Assembly: GCA_002269645.1 (NCBI GenBank) | Contig: NIVC01004225.1 | Span: forward strand, 1-54,116 | Direction of reading: 5' to 3' | DNA length: 54,116 nucleotides | From: Macrostomum lignano | Taxonomy: Eukaryota | Shown here: positions 27,413 to 41,243 of the stretch, piece by piece | How positions within the stretch are numbered: position 1 is the stretch's first letter | How the letters are laid out: each line of letters starts with the position of its first letter | Program-made: the position numbers and the translations under genes | Notes under the pieces: generated by a model | Told to the model about the DNA's origin: nothing | The model's database searches: none | The model's input: only the letters and a program-made list of their open reading frames with translations

Positions 27413-28477
27413 TCCTCGAACTCAAAGCAGTCTGAAACTCAGTCTTCGTCGTTCGTAAAAGACGAGCTGAACAAGCAGCCTGCCGTATCATATCGCCATC
27501 ACGACAGGCAATCCAAGCGTTTGATCTGCATATATGCGCCGGAATTCGAAGAAGTCTCGGACGAGAGCAGCGATTTAGAAGTAGACAGTGTCGCTGATCG
27601 ACCTGGCCAACATCATCAGCAGCCCGCTGATCAGCTGACCGCGAGGTCCCGGCGTTCAACCATCAACGCGAGCTACTCGAGCAGCTTTGAGGCGACAACA
27701 ACAGGCACAGGCACAGGCACTGGCACTGGCACAGGTACTCGGCGCCGACCAACTGCAACCAGCAGCAGCAGCAGCAGCAGAAGTCGGAGCAACTCGTCCT
27801 CTTCAAGTAGCGACGCTTTAAACCGCACGATGAGTCGAATGCACATAATCTCTATCGAAGAGTTGACCGAGGCGCACGCCGAGGGCCAGGCGGAGCATCG
27901 CTTCTTGGACAACGCTCGCGAGCGTTTGACTCGACTGGCTGACAGCGACTCGTCGGAGTCAACAGTGTCGTCGCAGGCAACTCAGCCAGCAGCGACGCTG
28001 AAGCCCGGATACGTGTACGACGAGCGAACCACTGAGGCAGCTGCTGCGGCGCTGTTGAGGCGACTTCGACTGAGGCAGCCTTCGACTCCCGAATCAACCG
28101 CAATGGATCCTCCGCCATCGAGCTGCTACTACTTTCCGTTTTGTTCAACGCCCGTCAACTTCGAAGTACCTCGCCTAGCAATTGAACAGCTTCGAGTCGA
28201 CAGTCTCCGTCGCGGAGGTCGTCGGCTGCTTTCAGCCACGGGTCACGATCCCGCCAGGTGCGATGACTGTGGACAGGTTCGCGATCGTCTTGCCAACGCC
28301 GACTGGCTACTTGACCTGACCAGGCGAGTGCGCAGAGACACAACAGAGCAGCGGTTGCGTCAGAACGATTTGGCCAGCGTGATGTCGCGTCAGATGCTGA
28401 ATGTGGCGCAAAATGCTCGACTGGTGTCGGATTGGTTGCAGACTGGCAGGGCTCCGCCGTTCCACGGCCTATCCTGA
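27287..28477 (+). CDS. Intronless 396-aa Ser-rich protein; C-terminus possibly C8orf48/DUF4606-like
   Basis: Long GC-rich ORF in AT-rich flanks, with an ATG in AAGCATG context and a downstream AT-rich 3' region. It has (AGC)n poly-Ser tracts. The segment VPRLAIEQLRVDSLR...HDPARCDDCGQVRDRLANADWL resembles, from memory, the VPxxL...H...CxxC..KRAELA..AFL pattern of C8orf48. Confidence 0.65.
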
Positions 28478-28802
28478 CTCTGAATAGTTTTTTAATATAA
28501 ATGTTTAGATTTATATTACTTAATTGTCGTACTATAAGTTATTGAAGTAATCTTTACTGTTTTTATTAAAAAGCGATCTTTAATCAATCGACCAATTAAT
28601 TTGTTTAAACAGGGCATAGCTAGCCTTGCTAACACGAGTTTACTAAAATATTGTATCAAAAATTTTCTTGAAGAAATCAGGTGCGTCAACTGTTTATCGA
28701 CGTCGCTGAAAAATGAGCACTTTACATTGTACTGAAATTCAGCTGAAGTATTACGTTGTCAAAGGGGGAAGTATGAAGCTATAATATTGATCCCCTTAGC
28801 TA

Positions 28803-28945
28803 GACACATCAGAACACATCACAGACAACATCAGAACACATCACAGACACATCAGAACACATCACAGACACATCAGAACACATCACAGACACATCAGACT
28901 GCATCAAATACACATCAGACTGCATCATAGGTACATCAGATCACA
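28803..28945. repeat. Short degenerate repeat (ACACATCAGA/ACACATCACAG)
   Basis: Tandem 10-11 bp units. Confidence 0.8.
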
Positions 28946-29771
28946 TTAAACACGTCGGGACTTTAGCAGTCCACCATACAAGCACAGAAATTATACGTGA
29001 GTAGACATATCGCATATGCATATGTATTATAAGTTGCAGAGGAGAAACAGGCCGGAGGGCCGGCAGCACCAGCCTGAGGTGTCAGTCACATTGGGTAGAC
29101 ACCAAGCTATAAAAATGACTGTTGGACTACGGATGATTTTAAAACTTCACTGCTTTCAAGGATAAAAATTCCTACCACGAAGCTTGTAGACGCTTATCAT
29201 GCATTCCAGCTATTAAACTCTGCTATTTCATGCCTCCATAAAGATTGTAAAACTCTGGACAATGGCTTCTCGTTATAACTATCTATCTTCACTGATAGTA
29301 AGTCAAGCTAAATTGTGTATATTAATTATTAATGAGAGCCAGGTGGGCTTGCTATAGTCTCCACTGACAGGATATGCCCCAAGCCCCCTCCCAGTAAAGG
29401 CTATGGAGGACATGCCAATGCTTTGTCCCCCCAACCCCACCTTGTGAGCCGTTGTGGAAATCAATAATTTGCTTCAGGGTGCCAATATGAGCGCTAGCAA
29501 CACCGATTCTCAAAAAAATGTACATGTTGGAATTTAGTCATGTAGAATTCTTGACTTTGCTCTCCCCACACCATAAAATCCCCGGCGCGCCCCTGCTCTC
29601 ATTGGGGTAGCTAATTCGAGCTATTGAGAAGAAACCTGACTGAAGCACTGGGTGGTTGGTTGCTTTGATTTGAAAAGGGCAGGTTGGAAGCTACAAGGAA
29701 ATGAATGGTACTGTGCAAGATAACGACTACACTTTACCGCTGCTCCGAACTTCAAGCAATGGCCGATAAAG

Positions 29772-29900
29772 TCAGTGGACTGAGGAGGGCGACCGCTTCG
29801 ATGGGACATCGTCGTACGCGCGGCTCAAAGACAGTCGGTTCGTCTCGAGCGACCCGTCGGCCAGCTTCATGTGACTGATGAGGCTCAGAAGACAGCCGAG
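29772..29900 (+). pseudogene. Fragment of the lectin-like gene family (end of the constant tract only)
   Basis: CAGTGGACTGAGGAGGGCGACCGCTTCGATGGGACATCGTCGTACGCG...CAGCCGAG matches copies A/B/D. It contains an in-frame TGA (ATGTGA vs ACGTGG). Confidence 0.85.
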
Positions 29901-30982
29901 TTGCCAACTTTGCCTAATCGAGTCATGGCACCGCAGTTGCCGCAGCTCCCTGTCTGAACAGCTAGCAGAACTGGACAACGTCTCTTGACTGCAATAAGCA
30001 GTCGAAATCGAGCGAAATACCCTGAAACTTGGTTTCAAAGAAATTTTGAAATTAAAATCATTGAATGCAGTTGCCCCGTAAGTTTTTATTAAAGGATCAT
30101 TTGGAAGTCACATTGAGATTCCCACGAAAACGTTGGACAGCAGTGGAAGGCCCTGTTCTCAGAATTGACGTTCAACACGTTTCAGTTCAGAAAACCTTTT
30201 TATTTCTGATCGGATCTAGAGCATAATAATAGTGCTATAGGAAAAAAATAGAATTCTTCATATCAAGCAATGTGAAAACTTCTAAGATAGGACCAAGTGG
30301 TTCGAATTTCGCATTGAAGCCAGTTTTCACTGCCCATTGCTCATACGTTTAGTCAGATAGAAAGTTTTCAGTTTTTGAGCATGTGAGGTGTCTTGTGAGA
30401 TTTACTTGAGTTTGAAACCGGAAGTTTCGCTAGAAACAGAGGACTTCCCAATGCATTTACGAGTATATGTAGAAGCGAAAACAAGTTCCAGCGAAAGTGG
30501 AAGAGTGGGGTGTCCTTCTGATTTAGCTATCAGTGGCATGGCAACGCGGAAGTCCGGGCAGTTGAGGTTGCATCCTTAGGATTTCGCTGCTTCTGCCTCT
30601 AAAAAGCTCTGCTCTCAACAGTAAGCCACAAGTCAACTCATTTGAGAACTGAGCTTACCGATGTACACCGAATTAATCGATACTGGGCCACCTCTGATAC
30701 GCTTTACTGCTTGTTGCGGCAACATGCCAGGGCTGCCCCTCCCCACCTCTTGACAAATGCAGGACTCCCTGCCTCACTGGGAGTGGGAACTAGATAGAGT
30801 TAGCTGGATGCAGAGGCTCATGCAGATCAGGAGCCGCCACTGGATGTCGCTATGGCCACGCCACTCCCCTCCCCACTCCGCTGCGGAGAGCCAGAAAAGA
30901 CAAGCTGAAGCCATTTAATTGGAACGGAGCGGCGAAAACCCAAGCGCAACTTCTCGTGCTCAGCACCGCTAAGCCGCAAAAA

Positions 30983-32030
30983 ATGGAGTCACCGGGCAAA
31001 AATTACGGCTGCAAAATCATCATGACAGCCGCTCTTCTTCTGCTGCTGCCTCTTGCTGACTCGACGAGCTGCCGCAGGCGCTGGTGCCAGTACCGGATGC
31101 CGCACTGCCTCAACGAGACCTCGGCGCTGACTCGATGGAGCTCGCAAAGCCTGCAAGCCTGCGTGTTGAAAGCGAGCAGCGAGCCTGACGACCTGGTGCT
31201 TGAGTGGAACAAGCAGACAGGTGTGTGCTCGCTCTTCCACTACCAGCAGGTGTGTCGCACGATGCAGGCAAGCGGTGCCGTCGCGATCGGAGCTGGAGCT
31301 GCAGTGCAGCAGTCGCAGTGCTCGGTGTATCGCGCGTTGTCGTTGGCGAGCTGCGACGCCTCGCTCGACGCTCAGCTGGTGGGCGTGTGGCTGGCAGGTG
31401 GGAGCAGCCGGTTCAGCAACCTGGTGTGCCAGAGCGACAGCGGCAGCCACCGACTGGAGAGCGCGAACCTGCAGTGGACTGAGGAGGGCGCCCGCTTCGA
31501 CGGGACATCGTCGTACGCGCTGCTCAACGACAGTCGCTTCGTCTCGAGCAACCCGTCGGCCAGCTTCACGTGGCTGATGAGGCTCAGGAGGCAGCCGAGG
31601 ATCCAGCCCTTCATGGAGGCTGTGTCCTGCTCAAACTTGGTTATAGTGGGGTCCCACTTTTGGGAGTACGATTCGGTCAATAGGCTTTATATCAGCAAAA
31701 CGATATCAAATTCCGAAAGCAAACAGGTTCGTGCTGTACTCCGACAATGAGAATCTGCTGCCAGCGAGCGACGAATCGTGGATCAACATCGGGGTCACCG
31801 TCAAAGCCGGCAACTCAACTCTGTCGTCAATGTACTTTAGCGGCAGTTTTGTCTCTGCCAGCGGCGCCACTGAACAAGCCGATCATCAGCTGCCCTGCCA
31901 GTTCCTGTCGGTGGGTCGCAGGTTCGCCGGAGGAGGCACCAGTCTCAATGGAGTCGTTCGAGCCGTGGCTGTCGCCAACACCTCAATGACGCTGGCAGAA
32001 ATCAATGAGTTCTTCTCTGTGCTGCCTTGA
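30983..32030 (+). CDS. Secreted Cys-rich (PAN/apple-like) + ConA/LamG-like lectin protein, copy A (one frameshift ~31730)
   Basis: Signal peptide (IIMTAALLLLLPLADS), Cys-rich N-terminal domain, and LamG3-type motifs ARFDGTSSYA, SFTWLMRL, WINIGVT, LSVGRR, LNGVVRAVAVAN and EINEFF. The frame shifts between ORF 30956-31750 and ORF 31731-32030. This could be a pseudogene or a sequencing error. Confidence 0.8.
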
Positions 32031-32800
32031 AAACATCGGCCGCTTTAATTGCAGCTTGTAGTCAGACAAGAAGTTCAAACTATTAAACCCAAATATTAAA
32101 GCCGCTTACTTCATTCTTCGGTTTTTCAATGTCCCCACCCAAGCTAAATTCTGTACCTGATTGGCGTTGCACAAAAATTAATCTAATGAAACGATCATGA
32201 AAGTTGCCTTTTGACTTTCAGAGGAGTTCAATTCAATTTCTGTGAAGCCTTGGTTTACCTGTTCTGTGTCTAATGACTTTAGGTGAACCCTCCATTGCTG
32301 GCTGTTCATGGCAAATAAAAAAAAATTTAGGAGGGCTGCGGGCACCCTGCCGTAGCGCCTTCGGCGACATCGTCCCACAATATCCAGTGCTGACGGCAAT
32401 CCTGCCCAGGTGTGTAGATTCTCATTCTTGTTTTGCGAGAACTTGTTTTGAGGAGTTGTTGAGTACAAAAAAATAGCCATGTTGGCACAGGACTCAGACT
32501 CATGGCGATGGGGCTTATCAATGTCAGCTTAGTCCATCTTGTTTATTAGCCCCAGGCCCTTATTCACTTTTAATTTCTCGGAGAAACGCCCTACAAAACT
32601 CTCGATGCTGTCAATCTCATTCTCAAAGTCAATAGGAACATTGTATTGAAAATTTATGCCTGTTACTGGACAAGTTTATTTAATTTTTCCAAACAAAGGT
32701 ACTTAAGTTTAGATTTGAGATGCCCCAGTCTCATTGAATTGTAAAGCGTAAATCGGCGCGTAGTTTTCTTAAATTTCTGAGTTTTGAACTCAGTTCTGGT

Positions 32801-34713
<1,913 letters not shown>

Positions 34714-35239
34714 ACTCACTAGTCTGCCTTTCGGATGCTGTTTCACCCAACACTGTCCCGTCAGTATTTATATACTTGATGGTGTCCGTCAGTCCAGCCT
34801 CTTAATTCCCACATCGCGATATTGGCTGTTGAAGAAGACTTTTTCGCTTACTGAAGTGTCCTTATTGGGGTTGGCTCATCCAATTGACAGCTGAAACCGG
34901 AGTGTTTGCTGTTATTCAGGTGTTGCTTAATAAAGATGGTAGAATAGCAGACATTGGTCAAGTCGTTGGAAGGTCGCTGTTGGGAAGCTGTAAAACTGCG
35001 TAAAATACTGATTTACAGACTCACGAAAAATAGTAATCTCTACGCGTTATGAAATCGTCTGCTTCAAATCTGCTATCGCTACATAATTATTAAATATCAA
35101 TTCTTGACAAGCACCTCTGAGGTGACCAAAATTCCAACAATAAAGTATGTAATTTCCAAATACGATTATAAAAGCTCTGCGATAATTTTATGGGATGAAG
35201 TTTCTCAAGCATCGTTAAATGAAGCCAAACAGGTCTCAT

Positions 35240-35960
35240 TCACCGATAACATTCTCCAGAATTTGGTGTGCCTTGTGTTGTTGTGGCGGTGACACGCCTG
35301 TCACACGCTGGAGTCTATGTCGGCCTGGAGCTCCGAGTTCGTCAACTTTGTCGTGTACGCTCACTCGATTGCGTGTGTGCTGCGGGCGCCGTTTCTGACC
35401 GCGCACAGCTGGACAATGCTGTTCTGAGGTGCGCGGCGTCAAGATTCGCTGGCCTATCCGCGCCAACCTGTGGTTCTCCAGAAACCGGACAGCCGCCTGC
35501 TTGGCTTTCTTCATCTGGAGAGTGAGCTCGGCTACTTTGGTAATCCACTGTCCACGTGTTCCCAGTACAAAACCATGGAGAACTACGGGCTGCAGACGGT
35601 CACTCCGGTAGCCGTCGCCGTGCTGACCAACATATTTCTGCTGCGATCCCTGCGTCGCTAAAGACTTTGCCTGGACTGGACAGCCTACATGTAATCGAGA
35701 CTTTGGCGAGACTTACCACTCGAGAGATAGTGCTTCTTCTGCAGCTGTACCGGCTCTGCCAGATCCCCATGATCTTGTTCGGATTCAACGTCCTGCTGAA
35801 AATTCCGGCCCGTCTACATTGTCAATTGGCCTCGTCGGGAACCTCATTCCTCGATGCAAGAGACGTTAACCACTACCCCTTTGCAACTACATGTGCGATG
35901 CACTCGGAAGTATACAGTTACATATTCACCCGCAGAGAGCATACAGATAGTTCGCATATC
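35240..35960 (+). pseudogene. Decayed rhodopsin-type (peptide-receptor-like) GPCR remnant
   Basis: Fragments in different frames resemble TM1 (NILQNLVCLVLLWR), TM3/ICL2/TM4 (APFLTAHSWTMLF* ... IRWPIRANLWFSRNRTAACLAFFIW), TM5 (LQTVTPVAVAVLTNIFLLRSLRR) and TM6 (IVLLLQLYRLCQIPMILF). There are multiple stops and frameshifts. Confidence 0.5.
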
Positions 35961-36635
35961 ATTGCTCATTAAAAAATTTAATATTATTTTTTAAACTAAT
36001 GGTAATTACCTTTTAACATGCCCACCCCGACTTTAACATGGACATCCATGTAAGTAAGTAGAAGGGTTGAACCTTGGATGCCGTTATTGCCCCCTTACCC
36101 AGGCCACAATGCACATCTACATGCTGCCTCAACATCAACAACAACAACCTCAACAGCCTTTGCATCGTGGCAGCTAATGGCTATAAAACCAGCTATAGCA
36201 CGCAGCCTATATCGCACCCTTGCTGACTCATGAAAAATTCAGAGCTGCAACAACTGCCCACGGGATGGGAGGATGGAGATAGGGACTAATCAAGAGAGAC
36301 ATAAAGCAACTTCAATAGCGATGATGAAGAGAACCTGCTGCCCACGCAGGGAGCCTGCAGAGCTCTGGCCCCCGCATCAAATAAAATGCAGCTGATTAAT
36401 GGCAATGGCTGGAAACTGCTGGCCACCCCACTGACTACCCCAGCGCAGCCCATCAACGCTTTGCCCGCATCTCATAAGAAGCAAGCGAGCTCCCCTGTCG
36501 CTATGGCCAAGCCACTCCCCTCCCCACTCCGCTGCGGAGAGCCAGAGAAGACAAGCTGAAGCAATTTAGTCAGAACGGAGCGGCAAAACCCACGCGCAAC
36601 TTCTCGTGCTCAGCACCGCTAGGCCGCAAAGCAAA

Positions 36636-37688
36636 ATGGAGTCACCGGGCAAAACCCACAGCTGCAAAGTCGTCTTGACAGCCGCTCTTCTTCTGCTGCT
36701 GCCTCTTGCTGACTCGACGAGCTGCCGCAGGCGCTGGTGCCAGTACCGGATGCCGCACTGCCTCAACGAGACCTCGGCGCTGACTCGATGGAGCGCGCAA
36801 AGCCTGCAAGCCTGCGTGTTGAAAGCGAGCAGCGAGCCTGACGACCTGGTGCTTGAGTGGAACAAGCAGACAGGTGTGTGCTCGCTCTTCCACTACCAGC
36901 AGGTGTGTCGCACGATGCAGGCAAGCGGTGCCGTCGCGATCGGAGCTGGAGCTGCAGTGCAGCAGTCGCAGTGCTCGGTGTATCGCGCGTTGTCGTTGGC
37001 AAGCTGCGACGCCTCGCTCGACGCTCAGCTGGTGGGCGTGTGGCTGGCAGGTGGGAGCAGCCGGTTCAGCAACCTGGTGTGCCAGAGCGACAGCGGCGGC
37101 GGCGGCAGCCACCGACTGGAGAGCGCGAACCTGCAGTGGACTGAGGAGGGCGCCCGCTTCGACGGGACATCGTCGTACGCGCTGCTCAACGACAGTCGCT
37201 TCGTCTCGAGCGACCCGTCGGCCAGCTTCACGTGGCTGATGAGGCTCAGGAGGCAGCCGAAGGTCCAGCCGTTCTTAGAAGCCGTTTCCTGCTCAGACAA
37301 GAACACCTACGGACCTCATCTTTGGGAGTATAGCTCCTCAAATCAGTTCTACTTCACAAACTCTGGCACAAGTTCAGAGGCTGAAAATATTCGAGTAGAG
37401 TCACAATTAAATGTGCTCCCGGCGAGCAGCGAGTCTTGGATCGACATTGGGATTGTTTTCAAACCCAGCAGCTCAGCGCCGGCAATTCTGTACATCAGCG
37501 GCAGCTTCGTAGGAAGTACGCAACTCGACCCTGTCCCAAGTGTTCGGCATAGCTGCTTCTACTTGTCGGTGGGCCGGCGTTTTTACGGTAACAACTTATT
37601 TTTGAAGGGAGTGATCAGAGCTCTAGCGATCGCCAACGCTTCCATGGCAGAGGCTGAGATACGACACTTTTTCTCTTCGTTACCTTAG
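36636..37688 (+). CDS. Secreted Cys-rich + ConA/LamG-like lectin protein, copy B (intact, ~350 aa)
   Basis: Intact intronless ORF with the same architecture as copy A. It also shares ~140 bp of upstream sequence with copy A (36495-36640 vs 30845-30990). Confidence 0.88.
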   Translation: MESPGKTHSCKVVLTAALLLLLPLADSTSCRRRWCQYRMPHCLNETSALTRWSAQSLQACVLKASSEPDDLVLEWNKQTGVCSLFHYQQVCRTMQASGAVAIGAGAAVQQSQCSVYRALSLASCDASLDAQLVGVWLAGGSSRFSNLVCQSDSGGGGSHRLESANLQWTEEGARFDGTSSYALLNDSRFVSSDPSASFTWLMRLRRQPKVQPFLEAVSCSDKNTYGPHLWEYSSSNQFYFTNSGTSSEAENIRVESQLNVLPASSESWIDIGIVFKPSSSAPAILYISGSFVGSTQLDPVPSVRHSCFYLSVGRRFYGNNLFLKGVIRALAIANASMAEAEIRHFFSSLP

Positions 37689-37991
37689 TTGACCCGATTA
37701 GAAATTTTTCATAAGCTCTACGACATTTTGTAAAGCTTATTGGCCTCTCTGCATCTCCCTCTTGAGTTATATGCTTTATTTATATTTAGAAGTGCGAATT
37801 TTCAAATGTTTTGCTCACAGTGCCGAAGGTACCCTGATTTTATACTGCCATTGTTTCTGACTGAACTCGTTTTTAATATTCAATTTTAGTAGTTGCTAAG
37901 CTTTCTTATCTTCTGTGTCTGCGTCTGCGGATAAATAAAAAGGAAGAAAAATGTTTTGCATGAGAATATTAAATCAGAATATTGCCAGTTA

Positions 37992-39051
<1,060 letters not shown>

Positions 39052-40573
39052 TAGTAATGACGTGAGGCTACCCAGTGGAAAAAAAGGGCTCGGGCCACCG
39101 GAGGGGTGTCTGGCTCGGGCCGAGGGTGGCAATGCACAGCTAAATCTGGCTCGACCCAACGCTGGCCCGCCACCAGCGCGCCAGCGCTTTGCCTCCTATT
39201 TTTCGCGTCTTTTATTTTTGCCCCATTCTACTGGTAATTTTATTCTATTATAGTTCCACCTACCGTGCCTATAAATCATCAGAGACAGTGTGAGTTTGCA
39301 CTGTGCACACAGCATAGTGTGGTAGGTGGGCTACCACCGGTGTTTTTTTGCTTTGTCCCCGGGTTAGGCCCATTTTGTCCACCATGAGGTGCGAAATGAC
39401 GTGTCCCGCCATCTCTCGTTCCCGGGTTTGCCCCTTTGGTTGGTCCCGCGGTTGCGCCCTTGTGTGGTTTGTCCCTTTCCCGTCTGTGGTCCCTTCTGTT
39501 GCCCCACCCCCGTGCCAAATTTACTTTGCTTATTTTCGGTTCAATATTTTGTTTTTTCCAATCGATGCACCACCGCTGGATCCCGTAACTGATCTCAGTG
39601 TTGGCCTTGTTCACCCCAACTTGTGTCCTAACTTCTCCGTGTATTATTTAATCAATGCGAAATCGCAGCGTTTTACTAACTTTCCTACTTTTTTACTTTT
39701 TATTTTTTCTTCTTCCTCCTCCACCTTTTCCTCCTCTCATCCTCCTACCCCTCTGCCTCTTGTGTTTAGCTTTTAATTAGCTGTTTAGTCTATCAATAAA
39801 GCTTAAGAATCATAAGTTAGTTTAGCACCCCGGCACGCCGGATGCACTTCATCGATCGTATCTCGCTCTCTGTCGCATCAATACTTATTCACTATCGTTT
39901 GTCGACTTAATAAAACCGTAAACAGTCTGCTATTAATTTTCCTATCAATTAACTGAAGCCTCGTTAGTCTATATTAAGTTATTTGCCCGTGGGGCGTAAA
40001 ACAACAAGTTCTCAACTCAAAGAAAGTCTGAGACTTCAACGTTCCGTAATACGTAAATTACGGTGGTGGCAGCTCTACCCTACTGAAAGTAAGCAGATCA
40101 GCACATTCAACGCGCAAATTCTACGGTGTCAAAATCTACGGTGTCTACCATCTGAACGACCGTGCCGCTCTAACGACCGCTCTGTTACGATTACGACTAC
40201 CCTCCCCCCGGACCTGAGGAACCCGGCAGTCGGAGTAAAGCAGGAGAAATGCGTCCGAATTTTCTGCAAAATTTTTTTTCGGCTTTACAAGTGCCGAAGA
40301 TCACGAATGCGGCAGTTTAAAGTTTAAAGAAAACCGCTCCAAGCTCCCAAGTTCAAGATTTTTATTTTCTCCCCCCCCACCTCAATAGCACCAACAAAAG
40401 TACAGGAAACATGTACTTGGCTCGAACATTTACATTTCGCGCCAAAATTCAAAACGTAACTTTTGGCAATTTAAAGTTTGTCGGAGAACGAATTGTCAAG
40501 CGGACAATATATACGCATTGTATTTTTATTTTTACATTCTTCTTGCGGTATACATTTTTGGCTAAAAAGGTCA

Positions 40574-41208
40574 TTGGAAATACAAGACATTCAGTGGTAA
40601 ATAAGTCAGTGGAAATACAAGACATTCAGTGGTAAATAAGTCAGTGGAAATACAAGACATTCAGTGGTAAATAAGTCAGTGGAAATACAAGACATTCAGT
40701 GGTAAATAAGTCAGTGGAAATACAAGACATTCAGTGGTAAATAAGTCAGTGGAAATACAAGACATTCAGTGGTAAATAAGTCAGTGGAAATACAAGACAT
40801 TCAGTGGTAAATAAATCAGTGGAAATACAAGACATTCAGTGGTAAATAAGTCAGTGGAAATACAAGACATTCAGTGGTAAATAAATCAGTGGAAATACAA
40901 GACATTCAGTGGTAAATAAGTCAGTGGAAATACAAGACATTCAGTGGTAAATAAGTCAGTGGAAATACAAGACATTCAGTGGTAAATAAGTCAGTGGAAA
41001 TACAAGACATTCAGTGGTAAATAAGTCAGTGGAAATACAAGACATTCAGTGGTAAATAAGTCAGTGGAAATACAAGACATTCAGTGGTAAATAAGTCAGT
41101 GGAAATACAAGACATTCAGTGGTAAATAAGTCAGTGGAAATACAAGACATTCAGTGGTAAATAAGTCAGTGGAAATACAAGACATTCAGTGGTAAATAAG
41201 TCAGTGGA
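40574..41208. repeat. 35-bp near-perfect tandem repeat (GACATTCAGTGGTAAATAAGTCAGTGGAAATACAA) inside the transposon
   Basis: About 18 copies. The unit is itself a dimer of TCAGTGG(T)AAATA. Confidence 0.97.
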
Positions 41209-41243
41209 ACTCATGCAAGCAATTAAGGCTACAAAGGGCTGAA

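Noticed and set aside
39279-40327. ORFs in the left arm of the 5-kb transposon as possible transposase or gag remnants
   Set aside because: No DDE, zinc-knuckle or other recognisable motif was seen.
40574-41208. CRISPR-like 35-bp repeat
   Set aside because: Units are head-to-tail with no unique spacers, there are no cas genes, and the context is eukaryotic. The 15924-17800 array was rejected for the same reasons, since its 'spacers' are minisatellite.
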